From positions 1 to 64,000 of the forward strand of contig NW_025767733.1 in NCBI RefSeq assembly GCF_003918875.1: a stretch of 64,000 bases of DNA, read 5' to 3'. Below are positions 12,301-23,494 of the stretch, one piece after another; position 1 is the first letter of the stretch; each line of letters begins with the position of its first letter. A model generated the notes under the pieces. That model saw nothing but the letters and a program-made list of their open reading frames with translations, was not told the DNA's origin and did not search any database. This stretch comes from Haliotis rubra (Eukaryota). The translations under genes were made by a program, and so were the position numbers.

Positions 12301-13958
12301 CCCAGACCAACGCCAAACCCTGAAAAATCCAGGACAATAAATGAAGATCAAATGAAAGAACTAACGAGCGAACGGATACAACATGAACAAATACATCAGA
12401 CCTCAATGGCTTGTTTTTCCTGATATTGTTCCATGCTATGGAATCTTTCTCGCACATTGAGAGTAATGGGTAATCAGCATGTAGGGAAATAGTTGTCTTG
12501 AAATCGACAAAATAATGATGCACATAAAATGATTATTACAATTTGATGCACTGCTGTTTTCTGTGGATTGACGTATCCAGTGAAATGTTGCTTCATTGAA
12601 AAAGCGTGTAATTGTTCAACATATTTGGAGCTGAATTTCTAACACATCAGTATACATGCTATGGTGGTTAGTACTTCCTGCGATCACCTGCAATGACTCC
12701 ATATGTAATGATGAGTCCAGTAACGTCATGAACAAACGATGCCGCAGCGAGTCCCAGCAAGATTAGCATTCCTCCTCCGAAACAGGACAGCCTGCAGCCG
12801 AGTTTCTTTGTGATCAGACCCGCCAAGGGACCTGGAAAATGGTTCACGTTGTGTATGTCCTTCACACTGAATGCCTGGTGTCTGCTTGGATGTGTATTCA
12901 TTGTGTGAAGAACTGAGTCAGGGTTGGGAGGGTGTTGTGACCCTGGTACATCGAATAATATATTGTCCCAGGAATTGTTTAAAAATAATTGTCCTTCAGA
13001 CTGTTGAAAATAGACTAATCTGACCCTGTTTTTATATGTGTTGCTTCTGTGTATTTATTTAAAGAACATATTCTGCAGCTCAAAAATATGAATGTTAGTC
13101 CCCAATGACAAATAGCCTGAATCTGTACTTTGAAAATACTTATGTACATGGATGTCAGGTTGTCATTTGATATTTCAGCTATATGACGGCGGTCTATGAG
13201 TGAGTGAGGGAGTGAAATTTAACGTCACATCGGCAATATTGCATCCATATCGTGACGAGGAGAAGAATAAGAAATAAAGCCGTAATAAATATAGTCAAAT
13301 CATAAAACCCTGTCAACGAGGGACAGTAAAATAACTAGAGCATCACGGATACGGATATAGATATAAAACTAGTATGAAAAACTAAAAACTTTTAACTATA
13401 GAAGACAATACAATATAAAAAAGGCTATTGCCAACAACTGAAGGTAGACCAGCATCCTGGGGACCATGGGGACTTACAGTACATTTGCTTCCTGCATGGG
13501 CCCTGGGACGGGGATCTATAAATATTAAACTCTGAATCAGAGAATCAAGTGATTGATGCCATAAATATCGATCAATGCAATTGGGATACGATGGCATGCA
13601 TCAACCAAGTCACCGAACCTGACCATCCGATCCAGTTAATCACCTCTTACGGCAAACATTGGTTGCTGAAAACCAATCATTCTTACGCGGGTCCTCACAG
13701 GTACGAGAAGCCAAGCCAACGGTATATTTGGCAACATGTATGTTACATTCTCTTAACCATACCCATGAAGGTGAAGGTCCCCAGTAGTGTCGAGCCAACC
13801 CATGACGTTCGTGAGAGGTCGCTGTCAACTTCTTTCAAGATAGCGGTGTTCATCACCCCAGTGGAGTACACCAACACCCCACAGATGAACATCACACAGT
13901 ACGAGGCCAGCAGAATGACATAGGCATATCCACGGTCTACGTCGTGTGTTGTCTTCAT
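9379..13958 (-). CDS. SLC16: SLC16/monocarboxylate transporter (MFS) family, paralog 2; intact, about 540 aa
   Basis: Exons 13763-13958, 12688-12831, 11192-12319, 10802-10852, 9379-9482 sum to 1623 nt with an open frame. Same exon structure as paralog 1; DRGYAYVILLASY motif; hydrophobic MFS helices around a long central loop. Confidence 0.92.
10015..10430 (-). mobile_element. Cluster of 2-3 nested SINE-like family B copies (intron 4 of MCT paralog 2)
   Basis: caatattccagc...ggcggtctgtaaata and ctcttacgacaagcatggg each occur twice. Confidence 0.8.
13197..13510 (-). mobile_element. 3' UTR fragment of the I/Nimb-like LINE seen at 62390-63088, inserted in a family B copy
   Basis: Shares ggcaatatt..catatcgtgacgag, ggacagtaaaataactag and gggaccatggggacttacagtac with 62390-62690. 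Another short piece lies at about 18021-18140. Confidence 0.75.
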
Positions 13959-15163
13959 TCTGTCGACCGACAATAAAAAATAAAATTAGTGACACACCCA
14001 ACAACAACGTTTACCTATTGGAATGACTCGGTAAGACATGCTACATGTCCTGTGTTTCAACTGAGGAGCGATTAACTACTCGGTATACCATTTCAATCTC
14101 CGATTTCACCACCGTTTGCGACACTCTTGGGGATTTCGTTCACTCTAATTTGCGAAACTGCGATAGTAAAGACGGTTAGTTCTGATCCTGTCGTCGGTAT
14201 CGTTGTATCTCATCCCAGCCATTTCTGTGAGTTCTGGAGAAACAGCGGTATGGCAGTACAACAATGTTATGATAACTCAAAACGTATCCTCCTTCTGCTT
14301 ATAAGTACGTCGTCCCAATAACAATGAAATTGCCAGGATGCGTTGTGTTATTCCGTGAGTTGTGACACCACCAGCTACAAATTCAACTCCACCCCGAATC
14401 TTACTATGTTTAGTAAAGGAAGCTTCGCTTAAACGTAGTCCCTTGCAATGAACATCTCAAAAAGATACCAAGACTCATTTGTGAACAGCACATCATGCCA
14501 GGCGTGCCGTCTGAAACATAGATGCTGTCCACACCAAGTTATACGTGCCTAACGGTGAACGATGGAAGCCAATTTGGGCGAACCTTTGGACGTCGTAGTT
14601 AACAAATACATTTGAATGTAATTTTGTAACTTAATAAAGAATTAACATGGCGGAAAGGAAAAATCTAGTGGAAGTTTATAACTCGGGAAACACGTCATTT
14701 TATGTAAACATTACTCAATAAACACTTACTGAAAACCTCACCACTTGCACACTGTCTTCCATCTGTCTATAACACTTTACTCTGATGTGACCACTATTTC
14801 ACTTCTTACATTACAATACTTTACCGGTCGTGGAAATTTACTCAGGTTCAACGATTACCTAACTACTTACATCTTTCATCTGACGTACACATTCAAATCT
14901 CTCAATGACAACCGTGCCAAATGTAGTCTACATATCTAGTTTACATTTATGTTGGACACATGCGAAGGTTTATTCAGTATATCTTTCTATAACGAAGTAT
15001 AACTTACTCCCAATGTTTCACGAACCTGGCACATTCATTTACTGCCAGTCAGCCACTCTTTCGCACAATTTCCCGCCTTTACTGGAAACATACTTACCCT
15101 GGAATCAAACACTTCCCGCCCACATCTACTGCCTTTCACCCAGCAGATCTGTTCATTTTACAA

Positions 15164-15935
15164 TTACTCAGGTTCAACAAGTACCTCCCCACTAAGACGC
15201 TGTCTCCAATCTGTCTTAGAAACCTTACTGACTCAGGTTCAACAAGTACCTCACCACTTAGACGCTGTCTCCAATCTGTGTTAGAAACCTTACTGGCTCA
15301 GGTTCAACAAGTACCTCGACACTAAGACGCTGTCTCCAATCTGTCTTAGAAACCTTACTGACTCAGGTTCAACAAGTACCTCACCACTTAGACGCTGTCT
15401 CCAATCTGTCTTAGAAACCTTACTGACTCAGGTTCAACAAGTACCTCGACACTAAGACACTGTCTCCAATCTGTCTTAGAAACCTTACTGACTCAGGTTC
15501 AACAAGTACCTCGACACTAAGACACTGTCTCCAATCTGTCTTAGAAACCTTACTGACTCAGGTTCAACAAGTACCTCGACACTAAGACACTGTCTCCAAT
15601 CTGTCTTAGAAACCTTACAGGTTCAACAAGTACCTCGACACTGACACAGTCTCCAATCTGTCTTAGAAACCTTACTGACTCAGGTTCAACAAGTACCTCG
15701 ACACTAAGACACTGTCTCCAATCTGTCTTAGAAACCTTACTGACTCAGGTTCAACAAGTACCTCGACACTAAGACACTGTCTCCAATCTGTCTTAGAAAC
15801 CTTACTGACTCAGTTTCAACCACTACCTCGCCACGTAGCCATAGGCTTCAATCTGTCTTAGAAACCTTACTGACTCAGTTTCATGCACTATCTCGACACA
15901 TACACACTCTCTCTAATCACCTTAGAAACCTTTTG
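15164..15935. repeat. 65-bp minisatellite, about 11-12 copies
   Basis: aaccttac recurs at 15221, 15286, 15351, 15416, 15481, 15546 and 15611. Degenerate copies extend back to about 14730. Confidence 0.95.
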
Positions 15936-17369
15936 AGTGTCATGTTCAAAATATGGAACAAAAGGCAACGATTCCAATGGGGATTTATTTTGCATCTTTT
16001 TGTGTCACTGTTATTTGGATATGCCCTCCACCTGTCCTCCATAAAGCAATTTAAAAAACTTTACTGGGGTCTTGAATGCTGTAACTTGATCAAACAACTT
16101 TTGTAAATTGGTTTTAGACACACCATGACACAACATAAAAACTGCTCAAAACACTCACATACACTTGATAGTCTCACTTCCTCACTGACAGAGCCATTTA
16201 AACAATTGCCTGGCAAATCCCCTTGTCGATTTTTCCTGTAACTGTGCGGCGTACAGAACGACGTTCACCTAGTCGTCCTCAAGTTAAATGTGGAATAAAA
16301 ACAGACTAACCTTTATCAGTGACCCAGATGGTGATCAGCTACGTGTCTCGGTGAATACTCCCAAATCGCTTATCACTGTGAAAGGTGATCATGTATATTG
16401 CCAAGTACGAGGTAATGTTTGCACAGTATCGAGGTACACAGTTTGGTCCGTATCACACACTCATCAAACACAAGCTCACTTGAACACAGTGACACTGTCA
16501 TACAGTCGTGCAGTCACTTTTTTGTCATGGACTGTAATAGCATGTTCCGTTAATATGAATGAATGAAAAAATGAACTGCGGGTAGCACACGCAAGGGCTG
16601 AAACTTCAAACGTTTCAAAACAGCCTGGACCTCTCCCGCTGTGCATTAAATGAATGGCAGACTGTGTGGAGTTAAGCGAAGAATGACAATGTAGGCTTGC
16701 GAATAGCTGTTACAGGTCTTTAAGTGGGTGTGCAAATATGGCTTAATGTCGCCTTTTGTTTGTAAGTTCAACGCTCGTGATAATGTTAGGTATCATCAGC
16801 TGGATGCAGGTCGCAGATGTCACCATCTAGTTGAAACAGACTGACAATACACATAATACGAGGCAGGTTCCAGACACGTTACTGTTAGAGCCCGTCAGTT
16901 AGCCCTGTACGAGGATTGTAAATTTAGGTCAACGACACCGTCGATTTTCTGTTTGTTTTCTGCCTAGAATAATTCCTTGTGTATTAAATTTGGCACATGA
17001 GAAAAGAAATAGAGCAAGCTGTATTCCTTAAATTGATTTAATTTAAGGACCATGACCAAGTGACCTTAATTGAAAAGTGAGTAAAATAATTTGCACAACT
17101 ATCTAAAATATTTTTACAACTTCCGTATTTATTTATTTTCGACAGTCCAGTCTCTTCTGTGTACTGGTTGAGGATGTATATAATAAGCACACTTTACACA
17201 CACATTGTATTCGGACACCCTGACCGCGTTCAAAATATATACAATGGAGGGAATGTACAATACGTTTCAGGATTAAATGTTGATGACGACATTAATACAA
17301 ACAGATAGCTTAAATGTGGGACGATTACACAATGACATTTAGAAAGAGGTCAAATGTAACATATGTTAT

Positions 17370-17600
17370 ATTTGGGATAACACTTTCTTAGTAAAGTACA
17401 AATTCTAGTACTTTTTTGAGTTGAGTTGAGTTGAGCCCCATCCCATCCGGGATTCGAACTCACACCTTAGGCGGCTGACTTTGTGTGCTGGCGATTAGGT
17501 GCCTGACTCTGAGGGTGTGATTTCGAATCCCAGATGGGATGGGGCTCAACTCAAACAAGTCCTAGAATTTGTACTTTACTAAGAAAGTGTAATCCCAAAT
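17370..17600. repeat. Long inverted repeat (about 90-100 bp arms, about 40 bp spacer)
   Basis: atttgggataacactttcttagtaaagtacaaattctag...ccccatcccatccgggattcgaa is nearly the reverse complement of ttcgaatcccagatgggatgggg...ctagaatttgtactttactaagaaagtgtaatcccaaat. Confidence 0.92.
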
Positions 17601-20184
17601 TGGGACATGTAAATTTCATGAATATGTGTGTTATGTTTATAAAGATAAAATATGTCAAAATTATAAATTATCTGAGTAATTATCTGAATTTTGTTTCCAG
17701 TTCGAGATTAAGAATAATGACAATTATTATGGATATACAACTTCTTTTATTCTGTGGAGGCGTCATTATGCTTCATCAACTCAACTTCTAAAATGCCCAT
17801 CAAAGAAGCAGTTCCAGATTGCAATGTCTCGCCAACTCACAACGCTCGTAAAATGTAACCGTACAAATTTCGGCGTCATCAAGCTGCTAGCGAATGTTCA
17901 AATCTCTGAAATTGACGTCATGAACAGTATATTTCAAAATGAAATAAAACACTCCTCATTTTCAATTGCTCTTCACTTTTAACCTTGCTATCTGATATGA
18001 ACTATTTTGGCTTTCGCAAAGTGAGTGAGTTAAAGTTTATAGTCACAGCGGCATTACTGCAGCCATTTCGTGACTAAAAATAGTTATTTATTCATGATAA
18101 ATATATATACCTTTTTAAAACGTGTCAACGAAAGGACATTCTTTCGCAAAGACCCCGCACCGAACCCAACACAAATAGTGTATGACCCGTACAGGCCTGA
18201 TCCAGAACAGGAACAACACGTGTAGTAGGTTAATCCTTCATTAGACTTGGGGTCCAGCAATGCGAGTAATGAGTGTCAACGCGTGGCATATGCGTCGACT
18301 GGGGAATAAGCTCATGTTTAAGATGAGGTGTACGTACAATACGTTGACAAGACGAAGGAATACGTTGAGTTCAAACTTCTTTAGTTACATGAAAAACAAA
18401 TACACTAGACATACATGTGGTGAGCAGAGTACCTGCTCAACCCCAGGGCGTTTCCTACGAGCGGCATTATCCTGCTCGTGGTCGTGCCTAGAGACAGTCG
18501 GAATACCGGACTCGTACTCTTTCACCGTCTAGATGTGAGCATACTAAGTATATATACAGTTTTTGACAACAATGGACAGGCGACGACTCAACAATGGACA
18601 GATAGAAAAACAATAGCACTTCCTTGACCAGTTGATGTGATTGCAGACACGGCCAAGGGGGATGACCAATAAAGGTTATAAATGTCATATACAGTAATTA
18701 ATTGCCTGACAAGTCAATGTACAATGCGGAAGTGATAAGGATTACATGGAATACAGACTAGCATCATATAAATAATTGCAATAAAGTCTCACATGTCTTG
18801 AGTTTTTACATTTTAAATATTTGGACGATGGCTGTCCTGAATTAGTCCCTATAACAGGAGGTCATATTATTTCCGTTTGCCATCTGTATGTTCAGCGTGC
18901 TGGTTATAGAATAATTGCCGTCAGATATTTCGCACACGATCACGCGAGATCAACAAAGCGATCTATTCAGTGAGAAAGGGAGAATACTGAGTGTGAGTGA
19001 ACGATTTTCTTTAACGACGCCTTCAACAGTTTTTAATGATGACTTACCTGTGATTGATTTAACTATTTCCAAGGTCAGTTGTAAAACATTAACGAACCCA
19101 TGTCGTTTGCCCTGCATATAGTGTATGAACGACAGCATCGGATGTTGTGCAATGCTTGTGTATAATGTATTCTGTACTATGACCCGTCTGTCTGCCGCAT
19201 TTCCTTTTCCTGCGTGTTAGATGAATGCACTAGTGACTCAGCCAGCTCACTGCCGTGTGACCGAATTATTCACGTCAACAACAAAACAATTCGGGTCGAC
19301 ATATGAAACTGTCTCAATTGTGTTGCAAAAGGAACATTTTTCTTAGACATTTTTTATCGTTAATTTGGAGAACCGCTGTACGTATACACTGCAGTTGTAA
19401 TCAATACCTGCCGTGCCTTTGCCTCAATAGATTTTGATGATGTATTAACATTGCCAAACATATCATCAAACAGTTACCAAAAAATGATAAATAAACTATA
19501 CCTTACCCATTCACATATGAAATGAGACGCTATGTCGGATTGTCATAATCGTTGTTTAACAGTGTTTGTATCCTATGCATAGTAACCAGTTGCGTAGATC
19601 GATGGTCATGTTGTTGATCACTGGATTGTCTGGTCCAGACTTGATTACTTACAGACCGCCGCCATATAGCAGGAATATTGCTGAGTCCGGCGTAAAACAA
19701 CAACCCAACCTCAAAGCTGCGTAATACCACACCCACTCACTCTTCCGTCGTATAATGAGCATGGTATTGGATTTAGTATTAGTGATAAAAACCTGCCACA
19801 AGCTATGTCCACATATAATCCATCTTTAAGATGTGGATCTGTTGCGATTCAGGAATGGAATACCCCCACCCCCAACCCCCGCCCTTTACCATATCAATTT
19901 ATTGAACTTAAAATTAGTGTTTCATTTAATCAAATTTCAATGAGTTTTTATTGTATTTATGGGCAGTAAATTCATAATGGGGATACATACAAATGTCATA
20001 TTAAGACACTGAGCTGTCGCCAGGAAATATCCTCTTTGGAGTGAAGGACAATGCATTGACTGCACAAACTAAACACACTGTAGAAACAGCATCTGTTTGC
20101 TGCCTGCCTAACCCCACACTCAGCAATATATAGCGGTCTGTAAATAATCGAGTCTATATCAGACAGACATGGTCATCGACATAT

Positions 20185-20716
20185 TTGGCGTGGTGGGCGA
20201 GCTGGCTAAGGCGCCGGGCTAGTGATCCAGTGAGGTTGAGGTGTCGGGATCGAGCCCACCTGTGACCGGGTGTTAAAACCTTAGAGTCAACTTTGTGTGC
20301 AGACTCTTTCCGTGTTGTCACACCCCCTAGTGTACATTACACAACCCTGTGCACTTAAAAGAACCCACGAATCTGTTGGTATATGACGAGATGGTGTCCA
20401 CATGAATACGTGGAAACACCTAGTTGTGGGTACAGCAACGTGCAGTAAACTGTGCAGTAAACAAAGTAGTGTGACTATCGTCCCAATCCACCCAGCTGTG
20501 AATGGGTACCTCGTTAGGATGAGAAAGCCACATTAACTTGGTGCGCCTAGTGGCTGCAAGAGTTGTATACTCCCCAGGGAGTTGAGATTGATAATACGAT
20601 GTGCCGTTGAGACTGACATCCAATAATCGAGGAGAAAAAAATATCAGCGCCTTGAGCAAGCACAGGTTGCGTGGATATGTGCGCTATATAAATATGCTAT
20701 AATAATGATGATAATA
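20185..20716 (+). mobile_element. Long composite tRNA-headed SINE (family D) with L2-type tail
   Basis: A-box-like tggtgggcgagctggctaagg and B-box-like ggatcgagccc. Tail agcgccttgagc...gtgcgctatataaat..(aat)n. Possible 6-bp TSD acatat. Other pieces at about 7645-7770 (+) and 21940-22072 (-). Confidence 0.8.
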
Positions 20717-23494
20717 ACATATGCCTTCAGGACATGCATACATCAGGTCGGAGTGCCTGATCACCCGACGCCATTAGTCAATACCTGCCGTGCCTTTGCT
20801 GAAGATCAATTCTACCCCGGACTCCTGCAGGAACAAGCCAAGAATGATTGAGATACCCGTCTCGATATCAAGTACCCGGAAGAGTTTCCAAATAAACCTT
20901 CGAGTGTTTTACTGCTCGTTTTACGGATAGAGCAGACATTTGAGTGAACAATAACACAGAGTATTATCATCACGTCTTTGAATCACATATAGAAGCGATA
21001 CACATAAAGGGTGAACATATATTTCTATCAACTTCTGTTACATGAGGGACAGGTGATTTTGGAATGTATTCTTACTGAAGAAATATACACATATGAGAAC
21101 CAACGGTGATTTGATGACAATGTTGGGGGCTTAACAACAGGAGACAGTAGATACTCAGGTGTTTACCTTGGTCACGGTTGATAGCTGATCACTCCTGATG
21201 TCAATGACCTCCTGTAGGTTCGTCGTGTCCCTCCTAATGCAGCTTCACATCCATAATTGTTCATCCTTTATGTTATCATCTGGATGCTCCGTAGAAGTCA
21301 GTGATAACACGTGGATGGATCTCAGGATCTCTATTCGGGCTCTGACCACGCCATGATGTTGACATGCATGGTTGTATATGGAAGCGGCGTAATCGTTTGG
21401 AATGCACTGGATAACTCTGCAATCACAAAGCGGAAAGAAGTGAAGCAATATATTTCAGAGTGACAGCTGTTGCATGACGTCAACAGTAAATATTTCATGT
21501 TTGCATCAATCATTTATGTTGACTAATTATTTCAGGTTTCTCCCGGTTAATCTTGTGAAAAATATGTGCTCAAGTCTGGACCACGGCGTCAAGTGAAGCT
21601 TTAATTACATTCGTTTTGTGTGTATAGGGCCCATGACACTTGTAAGTATGAACAAATATGTTGCATGTGTTTAAGTGTGTACATCAGAGCTTACTTCTTT
21701 AAAATCCGAAAAATGTGTGCGTATGTAAACATAGCATGTGTTTTGTATGTTAGTCAAAAGTTGTAACCTTCCTTTTTCGGTTTCATATTGAAGTGTGTAT
21801 CAGATCAGAGCTGGTCTATATAAAATCCGGAAAATCAGTGTGTATGTAATCATACTACGTTTCTTATATGTTAGTCACAAGTTGTAACATTTAATTTTTC
21901 ACCTCAGTTATAGCTTGAACCTACCTGTCTAATATAGGCGGTTGTCACAACACTGATAGAATCTGCATGCAAAACTGACAAGGATTTTACACCCGGTCAC
22001 AGGTGGGCTCGATCCGGACACCTCATGCTCGCTGGATCACTAGCCTGCCGCCTTAGCTAGCTCGCCCACCACGAAGGTAAAACTGTAAATATTGCAGTTT
22101 GGACGATTAGCACACATTAAAATAAAAAAATAATCGCTTGGTCTGTGTAAAGCAAATCTAGCCCACCGCTAGTAAACAAAGCTGGAGCACCTTACTCGGG
22201 GCAGGTTCAAGAACCGTATTTACCGCAATACAAATACCGAAACATGATATCCCGGTGTCAGGGGTTTTCGACGATGTAAGACAAAACGTATTTTTTTATC
22301 TGTAATACCATTTAAAGTTTTATTTTACTAACCTTTGAGTGATAAAGGATATATTCATCTATTTCACACAAAATATCAAGTGTTCCTTACAAAAATAGTG
22401 TTGATGGCATCGTATGGGCGAAATTGTTGCCGCTCGTAGCATGCGGGTTTTGTATGGGTTTTCGACGATGAGCCATACTTTTGCTCCGCACTGCGAGGGA
22501 GTGTTGTGATAACGTGGCTTCCTATTTATATATTGCCTGTCACCAGCAGACGACTGATTCAACTGAAATTTCGCTTTCCATTTTTGTTATAAAGGCAACT
22601 GATTTTGCATCTGAAGTGGTATTAAGATCTCGGGTAAATAATATTGATGTTTGTTTGCTTGTTATATAACTTTACTTCCCTATTTCCATTGTCAATAAAA
22701 CTTCTCACGACAGCGACTGGGCACCCGCCCTACCAGTGAAACTGTTTGTGCACCCGATCTCACACGTACTCCCGATATAGCGCGTGCAATGCAATCGTCG
22801 AAATCACCAGAACGTCGAATTCAGCTCGTGTTGGGATAGTATCTTAACAGTAAAGTGTAATTATGCCAATTTCACTTTTCTACGGTTCTGTGACCATTTC
22901 TCAAAAGTTCGAGCTTTCTGTCGAACACACCCAAGCAGCACCTGTATATATTGAATTAACAAAATATATTTTACATATACAGTACACGTTGTTTGTAAGA
23001 AACACCTTTATAACTGACGGATATAACAAACTACATTAAGGTTCCTGGCAGGTATTACATGTCTTAGTCTTAATGGGTATAGCGACCTACTGGTTTAACG
23101 ACCGAATTATGGTCCGGTTTAACTGTATTTTACTGTATTAATGCTCGTCCTATGTACTTTTTGTATTATTTGGTAGTAGGTGCAGGTGCCACGATTTTAC
23201 AATCTGCTGCGACTCTGCGTGGTGGAGAGTCGTATGACATACTAACATAATCATGTGGCACATCCATGGCACAATCATGTGGTTCGTCCTGTATGCGTTC
23301 TGATTCAATCATTTGTGCAAACTACTTTCCAAATAATATATTCGACGTTTGACCATTACAACACACAGCCGTAGAAGTAACAACTGTCGTTATCTCCAAC
23401 AGAACGCTCCTATCACGTGATCCAAGATAAATGAACGGACAGCTGCCAGTGCTGATAATAATGCCAATTAAGGACATAACGAGTCCACGGTACA

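Noticed and set aside
17701-17982. Stop-free stretch after a good acceptor (ttttgtttccag) on the + strand
   Set aside because: No recognisable domain, partner exon or start codon; compatible with chance.
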